44,598 nt of DNA from Coprobacillus sp. (GTDB lineage Bacteria; Bacillota_I; Bacilli_A; RFN20; CAG-826). The notes under the pieces are model-generated. The model saw only the letters and a program-made list of their open reading frames with translations. It was not told the origin of the DNA and ran no database searches. A program made the position numbers and the translations under genes. The stretch is taken from the NCBI GenBank assembly GCA_021203815.1, contig JAJQAL010000003.1, forward strand, positions 1 to 44,598. Direction: 5' to 3'. Positions 24,549 through 33,797 of the stretch are shown piece after piece (positions within the stretch are counted from its first letter, which is position 1; each line of letters opens with the position of its first letter).

Positions 24549-24569
24549 TACTTTTATATTGCATATAAA

Positions 24570-25472
24570 CTATTTTTCTTTATGAGCGGTTGGATGATAA
24601 GTAGAGTAAGTCTCTTTCATCTCTTTATCACTGACATGGGTATAAACCTGAGTGGCGTTTATTGAGGAGTGACCAAGTAGCTCCTGAATAACGCGGAGGT
24701 CCGCGCCATTCTCGAGGAGGTGAGTGGCAAAGGAGTGACGGAGAGTGTGGGGATGCATCCCGTAGTATAGTCCGCATTTCTCCTGAATCGAATCAATAAT
24801 ATATTCTAACCCTCTTACGGTAAGCGGCTCCCCATCATCATTTAAAATGAAGACTGGAGTAATCTTACTTCCCATGAGTTTAGGACGGAGCTCAGTTTTA
24901 TATTTTTGCATCGCTTTGAGACACTCTTCAGAGAAGGGAACGATTCTCTCTTTTTGTCCTTTACCAAAAATCCTAGCAATTCTGGCTTTAAAATCGATAC
25001 TTTGAATCTCTAGATTAACGAGTTCACTCGCTCTTAGACCCATATAGTAGAGCATCATAATGATGCACTGGTCGCGGAGCATAAGTTCATCCGTTCTCTC
25101 TCCATTAACTTTAAAAAGTTCATTTACTTGCTCCTTAGTGAGAACGTCTGGATACTTCTTTTCCATCTTAGGACCTTCAATAAGAAGGAAGGGGTTATCA
25201 CTTATATAACCTTTTTGCTGGAGATAGGAATAAAACGTGGTGTAGCAGGAAAGTCTTCTTCGGCAGCTACGACGGGAGACCCCATTATCCATGAGTTCAC
25301 TCGAAAGGAAATTACGAATAAACTTCGGATCAACCTGGTCAAACTGGTAGTCTTCATGAAGAAGAAAATCAAACCACTTATCGAGGTCATTTTGATAGCT
25401 ACGAATTGTATCTTTCGTATAATTGCGTTCGTTTTTTAGATAATCGAGAAATTCTTGTTCCACTTTATTCAT
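24570..25472 (-). CDS. xerC: tyrosine site-specific recombinase, XerC/XerD family (chromosome dimer resolution)
   Basis: N-terminal SAM-like domain (FLDYLKNERNYTKDTIRSYQNDL). Catalytic residues in context: LRASEL (R), HTLRHSFATHLL (HxxR), LGHSSINATQVYTH (H...Y). The start is uncertain: ATG at 25472 or 25490, or TTG at 25499. The XerC versus XerD assignment rests on position after topA only. Confidence 0.85.
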   Translation of the reverse strand: MNKVEQEFLDYLKNERNYTKDTIRSYQNDLDKWFDFLLHEDYQFDQVDPKFIRNFLSSELMDNGVSRRSCRRRLSCYTTFYSYLQQKGYISDNPFLLIEGPKMEKKYPDVLTKEQVNELFKVNGERTDELMLRDQCIIMMLYYMGLRASELVNLEIQSIDFKARIARIFGKGQKERIVPFSEECLKAMQKYKTELRPKLMGSKITPVFILNDDGEPLTVRGLEYIIDSIQEKCGLYYGMHPHTLRHSFATHLLENGADLRVIQELLGHSSINATQVYTHVSDKEMKETYSTYHPTAHKEK

Positions 25473-25516
25473 AACTTTATTATTGCACATTAAGTGCAAA
25501 AACTAAATATAGGGGA

Positions 25517-27460
25517 TTAAGATTTCTTTGATTTATGGTATTTTTTCTTCGCTGATTGGTTATAGCCGCATTCTGGATTAGTGCATTTATAGTAGTCCCC
25601 GTACTGACCTTTTTTAAACGCCATAGGAGACCCGCATTTTGGGCACTTATGATTATCGATAACTTTCTCTTCATCGGGAAGAGATTTAGTAAACTTACAA
25701 GCGGGGAAATTAGAGCAACCGAGGAACTTTTCTTTGTTTTTGTTGTACTTATAGACAAGAGGAGCCCCACATAACGGACAGGTTTCATCGCTTACTTTAT
25801 CGGGCTCTTTATAAGCATGCTCTTTCGCGTATTCAATCGCATTAAGAACTTCTTTATCCGCCCTACTAACAACCTCGATATAAGTCGTCTGTTTAGAGCC
25901 GATGGCATCGAGGTCATCTTCCATCTTCTTCGTGTAGTCTGTATCGACGTATTGAGGGAAGTATTTTGTTAAAATAGCGGAGGTTTGCTGTCCTTTTTCA
26001 GTGGAAATAATCCCATCACTATTACTCGTAACATAGTTACGCTTCACTAAAGTACCAATTGTTTGAGCGTACGTAGAAGGTCTTCCAATGCCTTTATCTC
26101 TCATAAGAGAAATGACGTCACCTTCACTATAGTGCTTAGGTGGTTCGGTCTGCTTTTCTTCCGCGTCTTTAGCGGTGACTAAAAAGATATCTCCCTTTTT
26201 AATTTCAGGAATATTTTCATTTCCATTATCTTTCTTATCTAAGATAGAGGCACCATCAAAGATAGTTTTTCTAAATTCGAGATGGAAAAGAATATCATTA
26301 ACTCCTAAATTAATAAGTTCCACTCTCTCCTCTTTAGGTTTCATGAGGGCCTGAAGTGTGCGGTTATAGATAAGTTCATAAAGTTTTTGCTCATAGGAAT
26401 CGAGTTTTCCCGCTAAACTCTCTGGAGTGGACTTAATATTAGAGGGTCTAATACCTTCATGAGCGTCTTGATCATGTTCACCCTTCTTTTTAGAGTGGAG
26501 GCTTCCTATATATTCTTTTCCGTAGACCCCTCCGATATAACTAGTCGCAGAATCCACAAAAGAATCAGAGAGACGAACGGAGTCCGTTCTCATGTAGGTA
26601 ATATAGCCCTTTTCATATAGATGCTGAGCGGTAGTCATGACTGTTCCCACTCTCCATCCATAGCGGCTTGAAGCCTCTTTTTGAAGTGAAGATGTTTCAA
26701 AAGGAAGGCGGGGTTTAGCGGTGCTTATAGATGTTTTTACATCTAAAACTGGAATTTCAAGTGGAGTTTTAGAGGTTATTTCCGCGGCGAGAGCTTCATC
26801 AGTGATTCTCTCTTTGCTCCCTTTATAGGAGTCAAAGGTGAGGTCATAAGGAACGCTATTAATCGTGCCGCTAACCTTAATCACATAGTAAGTCGTTGGA
26901 ACAAAATCTTTAATCTCTTTATCGTGGTCACAGATAAGCTTAAGGACAGGAGACTGCACTCTCCCAGCGGATTCCGCTTTATTAATTCTTCGAATCGAAT
27001 TAGATAGTCCAAAACCGAGTATCTTATCGAGAACTCTTCTCGCTTCCTGAGAAGCCACTAAATCCATATCGATAGAGCGGCGGTTATTCATCCCTTTAAG
27101 AATCTCTTCTTCGGTAATCGCTTCATAAACCACTCTATTTTTATCCGTTAAAGGAAGGCTTAGAGCCTGAGCGACATGATAGGCAATCGCTTCTCCCTCG
27201 CGGTCATCATCGGTAGCAAGAATAACTTCTTTATGCGTTTTCTTCGCTTTAAGGAGATCGTTTATAATCTTTTGTTCACTTGCATCCGAAATAAAGATAG
27301 GACGATAATCGTTTTTTAGGTCTAGACCTAGCCCTCTTTCTCCCGAGTTAGCAAGATCACAAATATGTCCATTCGTATTAATAACATCATAGTCACTCCC
27401 TAAGATGCTTTTAATTTTTTCGATTTTTCCAGGTGATTCAATAACGACTAAATTTTTCAT
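25517..27460 (-). CDS. topA: DNA topoisomerase I
   Basis: Toprim LVVIESPGKIEKI and DDDREGE, active-site YITYMRTDS, and C-terminal Zn ribbons (CPLCGAPL..., CPKCGSPM...CTNPECGY). Confidence 0.95.
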   Translation of the reverse strand: MKNLVVIESPGKIEKIKSILGSDYDVINTNGHICDLANSGERGLGLDLKNDYRPIFISDASEQKIINDLLKAKKTHKEVILATDDDREGEAIAYHVAQALSLPLTDKNRVVYEAITEEEILKGMNNRRSIDMDLVASQEARRVLDKILGFGLSNSIRRINKAESAGRVQSPVLKLICDHDKEIKDFVPTTYYVIKVSGTINSVPYDLTFDSYKGSKERITDEALAAEITSKTPLEIPVLDVKTSISTAKPRLPFETSSLQKEASSRYGWRVGTVMTTAQHLYEKGYITYMRTDSVRLSDSFVDSATSYIGGVYGKEYIGSLHSKKKGEHDQDAHEGIRPSNIKSTPESLAGKLDSYEQKLYELIYNRTLQALMKPKEERVELINLGVNDILFHLEFRKTIFDGASILDKKDNGNENIPEIKKGDIFLVTAKDAEEKQTEPPKHYSEGDVISLMRDKGIGRPSTYAQTIGTLVKRNYVTSNSDGIISTEKGQQTSAILTKYFPQYVDTDYTKKMEDDLDAIGSKQTTYIEVVSRADKEVLNAIEYAKEHAYKEPDKVSDETCPLCGAPLVYKYNKNKEKFLGCSNFPACKFTKSLPDEEKVIDNHKCPKCGSPMAFKKGQYGDYYKCTNPECGYNQSAKKKYHKSKKS

Positions 27461-27542
27461 ATATTTCCCATAATAAAAGCGTTTTTAATTTAATGTCAAC
27501 AAGGGAAATTTGTACTTTTTACCTTAAATAAAAAATGAAATT

Positions 27543-28322
27543 TTATTTAAAATAATTGTAATCATCGAGCACTTCTTCAGGTGTCTCCACTAAAATGGCC
27601 CCGTCTTTAATTAAAGCGTTACATAAGGAGTCACTAGTAGCGAGGTGAGGAACACAGAAAATGGGTTTACCAAGCTGAAGAGCATGAGAGACAGTGGATA
27701 AAGAGCCACTTCTATTATGAGCCTCGGGAACGAGGAGTGCCGCGGGTATCGCAGCGATGATTCTATTCCTCTCCGTAAAATGGATAGGCTCAGGTTTTAA
27801 ATCGTTAGGGTATTCGCTTATCACGAGATGATCTTTTTTAAGCGTTTCGTAAAGCTCTTTATTTCGAGCGGGATAACAGTAGTCAATCCCACTTCCAAGG
27901 ACAGCGATAGTTTTACCGCCGGCATCGATACAGGCTTGTTGACCAATACTATCAATTCCGATTGCCATACCTGAAACAACGATTAACTGCTTACTAATCC
28001 CGCTTACTAAGTATTCCGTCATTTCTTTTCCGTAATCAGTATTGTTTCTTGAGCCAATAACACCGATAGAGTTCTTATCATCAGCGATAAGAGATATATC
28101 CCCGTAGTAAAAGAGGACAAATGGGGGGCAGGTCATAAAGTTAAATCTTTTAGGGTATTCTTCGTCTAAAAGAGTGAGGACATTAGCCTTGACCGTCTTA
28201 AGTGTGGCCTCAACTTCTTCAGGATCAGGTTTGTTCCTCGTTTTGATGGCGTTATAAATTTCATTCCAGTCGCCATTATACTTAACCGAAAAGTAAATAA
28301 GTAAATCTCGACCTTTAATCAT
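27543..28322 (-). CDS. dprA: DNA-processing protein DprA/Smf (short form)
   Basis: IGVIGSRNNTDYG, VVSGMAIGIDSIGQQACIDAGGKTIAVLGSGIDYCYPARN, and a Rossmann-like core. AGGAGG Shine-Dalgarno upstream. Confidence 0.9.
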   Translation of the reverse strand: MIKGRDLLIYFSVKYNGDWNEIYNAIKTRNKPDPEEVEATLKTVKANVLTLLDEEYPKRFNFMTCPPFVLFYYGDISLIADDKNSIGVIGSRNNTDYGKEMTEYLVSGISKQLIVVSGMAIGIDSIGQQACIDAGGKTIAVLGSGIDYCYPARNKELYETLKKDHLVISEYPNDLKPEPIHFTERNRIIAAIPAALLVPEAHNRSGSLSTVSHALQLGKPIFCVPHLATSDSLCNALIKDGAILVETPEEVLDDYNYFK

Positions 28323-28377
28323 AAAAATACCTCCTACTTATATAGGGGGTAAAACGGGCTTTTTGTGCAAAAAATTT

Positions 28378-28992
28378 TTAACTTTTTTCTAAAGCGCCTA
28401 AATATAAGGCGACAGGGGAATAGGAGTAGCGATGCACTCCCTCGATAGGACCAAAAGTGGATAAAGCTTCAAGATGCTTTTTAGTTCCATAGCCTTTATT
28501 CGACTTAAAATCATAAGCGGGGTATTTCTCGTCTAGACCAATCATAATATCGTCACGGGTGACCTTGGCGAGGATAGACGCCGCGGCGATACACATACAG
28601 ATGGCGTCTCCTTTTACAAGTGGAATACAGGGTGCAATGGTATCCACATGAACAGCGTCCGATAAAACTAGGTCAAAGGGAATATCAAGAGATTCAATCG
28701 CCTCCTTCATCGCAAGGCGAGAGGCCTCTAAAATATTAATCTCATCAATAACAGGGGCTTCCACTCTTTTAATAGAATAAGCAAGAGCATCCTCTTTAAT
28801 AATCTCAGCGAGTTCTCTTCGCTTTTTATTCGTGAGTTTTTTCGAGTCGTTTATATCATTATTAATAAAATTAATAGGGAGAATGACGGCGGCAGCAACG
28901 ACTGGGCCGGCAAGGCACCCTCTTCCCGCTTCATCGGTCCCAACGATTGTTTGAACCGAACTAGAGTAATATTTCTTCTCTCCCTCTAGCAT
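28378..28992 (-). CDS. rnhB: ribonuclease HII
   Basis: VGTDEAGRGCLAGPVVAAAV, DSKKLT, SAASILAKVTRD, GYGT..H. Confidence 0.93.
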   Translation of the reverse strand: MLEGEKKYYSSSVQTIVGTDEAGRGCLAGPVVAAAVILPINFINNDINDSKKLTNKKRRELAEIIKEDALAYSIKRVEAPVIDEINILEASRLAMKEAIESLDIPFDLVLSDAVHVDTIAPCIPLVKGDAICMCIAAASILAKVTRDDIMIGLDEKYPAYDFKSNKGYGTKKHLEALSTFGPIEGVHRYSYSPVALYLGALEKS

Positions 28993-29843
28993 ACGAGATC
29001 TTTTTCTAAAGATATCTTTCCAAGTAGGCCGTCTTTAAACTCTTTAAGAAGGAGGGTCTCCGCGCGGTCAATATCAGGAGCATTACTAGCGCGAATAAGG
29101 TGACGGGATTCACAAATACTATCTAAAACTTCACTATTTTCACCAATATTTGTTATCCCAAATCTCTCACTTAAAGCGTCTGGATAATACTCTCTTAGAT
29201 AGGTAAGTAAATAGTCCACTAGTTCACTATTTGGAAGAATTGATTCTTTAATTGAGCCGATTAATGCAAGGTTATTAGCGGTTTTCGGGTCATCGTAGTT
29301 CATTGGAAGAATACCAGGAGTGTCTAAAAGGTGAACGTCTTCATTAATCCTGATCCATTTCTCTCCCCGTGTAAAACCAGGGGTATTAGCCACTGCAGCG
29401 ACGTTTTTCCCCACGAGTTTATTTATAAGCGTGCTCTTTCCAACATTAGGGATACCGAGGACCATCGTTTTAATTGGCTGCGTCTTCATGCCTCTTGAGT
29501 GGTCCTTTACTCTTTTAGCCTCGCCTAATTTATTAATTTCATTAATGATGATTTTTTTACATGATGGCGAGGTAAGGTCCACACATAAAACATCGCTATA
29601 TCTTTCTTTAAGAAGAGCAATCTCTTTATTTAGGACAAGAGGGTCCGATAAATCGGATTTTGTAATGAGAATTAGCTTTAGTTTATTTGAGGATAACCTA
29701 TCAAATTCTTCGTTAATAGAAGAAAAAGGTGCTCTTCCGTCGAGCATGATTATCACTAAATCCACTAATTTAACTCTATCTACTATTTCATTCAGGGCTT
29801 TACTCATGTGCCCTGGAAACCAGTGTACCTGCTGCTGTCCCAT
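28986..29843 (-). CDS. rbgA: ribosome biogenesis GTPase A (YlqF/RbgA, circularly permuted GTPase)
   Basis: VHWFPGHMSKA, LILITKSDL (permuted G4), GIPNVGKSTLINKL (G1), DTPGIL (G3). Confidence 0.9.
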   Translation of the reverse strand: MGQQQVHWFPGHMSKALNEIVDRVKLVDLVIIMLDGRAPFSSINEEFDRLSSNKLKLILITKSDLSDPLVLNKEIALLKERYSDVLCVDLTSPSCKKIIINEINKLGEAKRVKDHSRGMKTQPIKTMVLGIPNVGKSTLINKLVGKNVAAVANTPGFTRGEKWIRINEDVHLLDTPGILPMNYDDPKTANNLALIGSIKESILPNSELVDYLLTYLREYYPDALSERFGITNIGENSEVLDSICESRHLIRASNAPDIDRAETLLLKEFKDGLLGKISLEKDLVC

Positions 29844-29847
29844 AAGA

Positions 29848-30540
29848 CTAGAACACCATTAGCATATTAAATTTCTTGGAGAGAACATTTATTCCCTCAT
29901 CAGTAAACTCAAGATTAGCTATTCCTTCCATGGCCACAGCGGTGCCCACGATATTCTCGATATGGATAGGCTCATTAACCGAAGCGGAATCAATTCCGTC
30001 ATCATAATTATCGCCCATCACATAATATTCTTCTTCCCCTAAAGTGATTGGCTCGGTATTAATAAGAGTGCCCTCTGAAATATTAGTCTCATAGTAAGGA
30101 ACTTCTTCCTCATATAAACCTGTTTCTTCATTAAGCACCATGATCTTGTTATTTTCAATTTTTAAAGTATCTCCAGGCATCCCAACCACCCTGCTCACTT
30201 CATATTTAGCGCTTTCTAATGGTTCATCCCCAACTGTATAGGGCTGAGCGTAGTCTTCTTCTTCCCATGGATAATAAGACACAACGATATCAAAACGGTT
30301 GATTTTAGTGTGTGCAAGGCGGTGGGTATCCATAATTCCAAAGTAGCCTTCTCCTCCGTTAACGGGATCAACACCATGAAAGGTAGGATACATGCTATCT
30401 CCAAAAACATAGAATGTTTCATAGTAGAAAGCGTGAAACCCGACAGCGACACCTAAAATAGCAACTACAGCGAGTATCAAAATGAGAATCACAAAAAGGA
30501 TTTTTCTCGAGTAATAAGAAACTTTAGTTGTGTCTTCCAT
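29848..30540 (-). CDS. lepB: signal peptidase I (S26)
   Basis: N-terminal TM anchor, GDSMYPTF (catalytic Ser box), RFDIVV, RVVGMPGDTL, YVMGDN. Confidence 0.85.
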   Translation of the reverse strand: MEDTTKVSYYSRKILFVILILILAVVAILGVAVGFHAFYYETFYVFGDSMYPTFHGVDPVNGGEGYFGIMDTHRLAHTKINRFDIVVSYYPWEEEDYAQPYTVGDEPLESAKYEVSRVVGMPGDTLKIENNKIMVLNEETGLYEEEVPYYETNISEGTLINTEPITLGEEEYYVMGDNYDDGIDSASVNEPIHIENIVGTAVAMEGIANLEFTDEGINVLSKKFNMLMVF

Positions 30541-30548
30541 ACACGAAG

Positions 30549-30577
30549 ATTATAAAACATGCCTACGCGTATAACAA
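30549..30577 (-). promoter_or_regulatory. candidate lepB promoter (TTGTTA-17 nt-TATAAT) ending 8 nt before the ATG
   Basis: Minus strand TTGTTA (30577-30572), 17-nt spacer, TATAAT (30554-30549), then CTTCGTGT and the ATG at 30540. No Shine-Dalgarno is present. Confidence 0.5.
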
Positions 30578-30586
30578 GAAACTATG

Positions 30587-30612
30587 AAAAAAGGAGGATA
30601 AATCCTCCTCTT
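30587..30612 (-). terminator. intrinsic terminator after rplS
   Basis: AAGAGGAGGAT-TT-ATCCTCCTTTTTT on the minus strand: GC-containing stem plus U-run. Confidence 0.7.
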
Positions 30613-30627
30613 CCGTTAGTTAATAAA

Positions 30628-30975
30628 TTAGAGTTTCTGTTTAATACGAGCAGATTTACCACTACGTCCACGGAGATAGTAGAGTTTATTTCTTCTTACT
30701 TTACCGTGTTTAACAACCTCAATGGAATCAATACTTGGGGAGTTGTAGTTGAAGGTTCGCTCTACACCCACACCACTAGAGATTTTTCTCACGGTGAAGG
30801 TTTTACTAACTTTTGATCCACGAACCTGAATCACAACGCCTTGGAAAGTTTGAATTCTCCTCTTGTTGCCTTCAATAATTTTGACATTGACCTTAATCTC
30901 ATCACCTGATTTAAAATCAGGAAGGTCTTTACGTAGCTGGGACTCTGTAATTTCATCAACTAGTTGATTGTTCAT
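30628..30975 (-). CDS. rplS: 50S ribosomal protein L19
   Basis: [32 protein letters not shown]...[32 protein letters not shown] moved the start to the ATG at 30975, 5 nt after GGAGG. Confidence 0.95.
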   Translation of the reverse strand: MNNQLVDEITESQLRKDLPDFKSGDEIKVNVKIIEGNKRRIQTFQGVVIQVRGSKVSKTFTVRKISSGVGVERTFNYNSPSIDSIEVVKHGKVRRNKLYYLRGRSGKSARIKQKL

Positions 30976-31006
30976 AGTGTCCTCCATTAACAAGTAACTA
31001 TATACC

Positions 31007-31036
31007 GATATTCATGTACCACCACAGCGGAATATC
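31007..31036 (-). promoter_or_regulatory. hairpin in the rplS 5' leader (possible L19 autoregulatory leader)
   Basis: 7-bp stem GATATTC/GAATATC enclosing a 16-nt loop. It lies between a TTGCTA-17 nt-TAAGAT promoter-like element and the rplS Shine-Dalgarno. Confidence 0.3.
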
Positions 31037-31089
31037 TTCGATTATCTTACATATATAAGATAAAAATAGCAATATAAAAGTTCAGACTT

Positions 31090-32601
31090 TTAGATTATCA
31101 GAATAATCGCATCTAAGGCGAACGAAACTAAGAATAAAGCTGCGATAACATAAATCGCGACGTGAACATCTTTTCCCTTTTTAGAGAAGAGCATCGCGGC
31201 GCAGTAAACGATAAGCCCCATTCCAATACCAGTGGCAATGGAATACGACAGGGTGGTAAAGATAAAAGAAACAAAAGCGGTTGTTCCAATAACGCCATCC
31301 CTAAAATGGATATTTTTCGCGTTCTCTACGAAAATAGAGCCGCCAACACACACTAAGGCTGGCGCAATGACGCATCCAGCGGTAAACATCGAAAAGATTG
31401 GATAGATGAACATAGATAGGAGCATCATAGCGGCCGCTGATACCGCCATAAGTCCTGTTCTCGCTCCCATCGAAACTCCAACGCCTGACTCCGCAAAAGA
31501 CGTCATTGTGGAGGTTCCCATCGGTCCACAAAGTAGGGCGCCAGTGGCATCAGCAAGAACCGCTCTTTGAGAGTTTTTAAGATGACCTTTATGGTCGATC
31601 ATCCCAGCATCTTTTCCAACTGATAAGAGAGTGGCGGTGGTGTCAAATAAGTTAACAAAAACAAGTGAAAAAATAGCGATATAGGAAACAGGATTAGTGA
31701 AAATATTGGCTAACGCCCCACCAAATCCGTTTTCTCCAAAACTGCTATTACTTGAGAAGGCCCCATAGGCAAATACTTCCTTAATTCCAGAGAAATCCGC
31801 CCAACTAACCGCGTCATCAAACCAAGGCCAAATTGGAAGATTAACCGCCGTTTCGCCTAGATTTTTATATGTATAAATAAAAGTTCCATCGACTTCAATA
31901 ATGCCGCCAGTCTCAATCATAATCGTTGAGATAATAACGCCAATGATCACTACTCCTACAATAGTGATAGGAATAGCCATCGCTTTTATAGTTTTCCGCT
32001 TAATAAAGAACAGACCAAAACAGACAATAATACCAGCGACTCCAAGTATCATTGCCGGGTCAAGGAAAGTATTAAGTTCTATTAGCGTGGCGGTGCCACT
32101 AGAGACAATAATTCCAGAATTAACTAAACCTACGACACAAATAAAAATACCATGCGAAGCGGCGATAATATTTCTTAAAACACGCGGAATTGCTTCTATT
32201 ATTTTAGTTCGGACTGGAGTGATGGATAAGACGAAGAATATGAGTCCGGCGACCGTAAGAAGTATCATAGTCTCCTGCCAGGAGAAACCCTGCCCCTGAC
32301 ATACAGTATAAGCAAGATAAGCATTAAGGCCCATTCCCGCGCTTATGACTATCGGGTAATTAGCGACTAGTCCCATGATGAGGGTCACGATACAGCCAAG
32401 TATCGCCGTCATCATGAAGACTCCAGAGGAGCTCATTCCCATGTCACTCATAATCGAAGAGTTGACTGGGAGGACATAGCACATACAAACGAAGGTAACA
32501 ATACCTGCAAGAATTTCTTTACGACAAGAACTTCCTCTCTCACTTATATGAAAGAATCGGTCTATACAGTTAGGTTTTTTTACTGCTTCTTCGTCTGCCA
32601 T
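31090..32601 (-). CDS. NCS2-family purine permease (AzgA / guanine-hypoxanthine-adenine permease type)
   Basis: 503 aa, ~12-13 TM helices. N-terminal FFHISERGSSCRKEILAGIVTFVCMCYVLPVNSSIM matches the AzgA/PbuG-type start (fF.l.e..T....E..aG.tTF..M.YI..VNP.il). Confidence 0.85.
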   Translation of the reverse strand: MADEEAVKKPNCIDRFFHISERGSSCRKEILAGIVTFVCMCYVLPVNSSIMSDMGMSSSGVFMMTAILGCIVTLIMGLVANYPIVISAGMGLNAYLAYTVCQGQGFSWQETMILLTVAGLIFFVLSITPVRTKIIEAIPRVLRNIIAASHGIFICVVGLVNSGIIVSSGTATLIELNTFLDPAMILGVAGIIVCFGLFFIKRKTIKAMAIPITIVGVVIIGVIISTIMIETGGIIEVDGTFIYTYKNLGETAVNLPIWPWFDDAVSWADFSGIKEVFAYGAFSSNSSFGENGFGGALANIFTNPVSYIAIFSLVFVNLFDTTATLLSVGKDAGMIDHKGHLKNSQRAVLADATGALLCGPMGTSTMTSFAESGVGVSMGARTGLMAVSAAAMMLLSMFIYPIFSMFTAGCVIAPALVCVGGSIFVENAKNIHFRDGVIGTTAFVSFIFTTLSYSIATGIGMGLIVYCAAMLFSKKGKDVHVAIYVIAALFLVSFALDAIILII

Positions 32602-32668
32602 AATCCTAAATTATTATACTAATAATTATATAAATGTAAATTAGAGAAAAAGTGTAAAGTAAAAAAAC

Positions 32669-32697
32669 TTGACACTAATCATAAATTAAATGATAAT
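32669..32697 (+). promoter_or_regulatory. candidate rpsP operon promoter (TTGACA-17 nt-GATAAT)
   Basis: Consensus -35 TTGACA at 32669-32674, 17-nt spacer, -10 GATAAT at 32692-32697. GGAGGA Shine-Dalgarno at ~32710, ATG at 32722. Confidence 0.55.
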
Positions 32698-32721
32698 AAG
32701 ACGACTAATGGAGGAAGTAAT

Positions 32722-32994
32722 ATGGCAGTCAAATTAAGATTAACTCGAATTGGAAGACACCTCGATCCATTCTATCGTATCGTTGCTGCGGATTCTAAGT
32801 ACGCTCGTGATGGCCGTTTTATTGAACAAATCGGTTATGTCGACCCTCATAAAGATATTCACGAAGCCGTCGTCGATGAAGAAAAAGCCTTAGCGTGGCT
32901 TGAAAAAGGCGCTATTCCAACCGATACTGTCCGTTCAATTCTTAAAGCCAAAGGCATCATGGAAAAATATGACCAGATTAAAAGAGGCAAGTAA
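32722..32994 (+). CDS. rpsP: 30S ribosomal protein S16
   Basis: MAVKLRLTRIGRHLDPFYRIVAADSKYARDGRFIEQIGYVDP... is the canonical S16. Confidence 0.95.
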   Translation: MAVKLRLTRIGRHLDPFYRIVAADSKYARDGRFIEQIGYVDPHKDIHEAVVDEEKALAWLEKGAIPTDTVRSILKAKGIMEKYDQIKRGK

Positions 32995-32996
32995 CA

Positions 32997-33269
32997 ATGG
33001 CAATGGACTATACAAAAATCATTCATGCAATTATTGATCCAATGGTGGATGATCCTGAGTCTCTCTTTATTAGAGAAATAAATGAGAATAACGGCAAGGA
33101 TTTAAAAATTGTTGTCGCGGCAAAAGGAGATGAAATCTCTCGCCTTATCGGAAAGAAAGGCCAGATAGCAAATTCTATTAGAGAAATCGTCTCTATCGCC
33201 GGGAAAAGCGACGAGATTCACGTTCACATTACCTTTGAATCTTTTGATGAAGGATTAGGTGTTGAATAA
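32997..33269 (+). CDS. khpA: KH-domain RNA-binding protein (YlqC/KhpA family)
   Basis: 90 aa. The LIGKKGQIANSIREIV GxxG KH motif and its conserved position between rpsP and rimM. Confidence 0.8.
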   Translation: MAMDYTKIIHAIIDPMVDDPESLFIREINENNGKDLKIVVAAKGDEISRLIGKKGQIANSIREIVSIAGKSDEIHVHITFESFDEGLGVE

Positions 33270-33290
33270 ACACCTTCTTTTTTTATATCT

Positions 33291-33797
33291 ATGGAACTCG
33301 TAGTTTTAGGAAAAATAACCAAAATAAGAGGGGTTAACGGAGAATTTAAAATTTTAAGTTCGACTTTTTACGCTAAAAAGAGATATAAAAAAGGAAATAA
33401 AATCTATATTGGTGCTGATGAAGATCATTTAGTGGAGTTTACTGTCAAAGCGCATCATACAATTGATAAATTTGACTATGTAACTACGGATGAGATAACT
33501 AATACAAATGAAGCAGAGAAATATGTCGATATGAATGTCTACGCGAGTAAAAACGAGATCACATTAGATAAAGGCGAATACTTCTTTGGGGATTTATGTA
33601 AGTGTGACGTTTATGATGAAGAGGGAAATAAACTCGGGCACGTTATAAAAGTAGAAGAGTTTCCCGCTCAAATAACGCTTGAGGTAGAAAAAGAAAATAA
33701 AGAAACCTTCTTTGTTCCATTTGTGGATGAATTTATCATTAATGTTGACATCGAAAAAGGGTCGATTATCATTCATTTAATCGAGGGTATGCTATGA
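33291..33797 (+). CDS. rimM: 16S rRNA processing protein RimM
   Basis: LGKITKIRGVNGEFKI (N-terminal beta-barrel), YFFGDLCKCDVYDEEGNKLGHV, VPFVDEFIINVDIEKGSI (PRC barrel). Confidence 0.85.
   Translation: MELVVLGKITKIRGVNGEFKILSSTFYAKKRYKKGNKIYIGADEDHLVEFTVKAHHTIDKFDYVTTDEITNTNEAEKYVDMNVYASKNEITLDKGEYFFGDLCKCDVYDEEGNKLGHVIKVEEFPAQITLEVEKENKETFFVPFVDEFIINVDIEKGSIIIHLIEGML

Noticed and set aside
24570-25499. Tyrosine recombinase as a marker of an integrated mobile element or prophage
   Set aside because: Its position directly after topA matches the conserved chromosomal topA-(trmFO)-xerC/codV arrangement. It has the XerC/D-type N-terminal domain. There are no flanking att-like repeats, phage genes or compositional shift.
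25480-25788. 102-aa minus-strand ORF spanning the topA 3' end and the xerC start region
   Set aside because: It is out of frame within the topA Zn-ribbon region and has no Shine-Dalgarno. topA and xerC account for the sequence.
32602-32721. Purine riboswitch upstream of the NCS2 purine permease; also looked upstream of deoD at 2663..2860
   Set aside because: The permease leader is at most ~11 nt behind a TATAAT box. Neither region contains the conserved purine-riboswitch three-way junction, and both are almost pure A/T.
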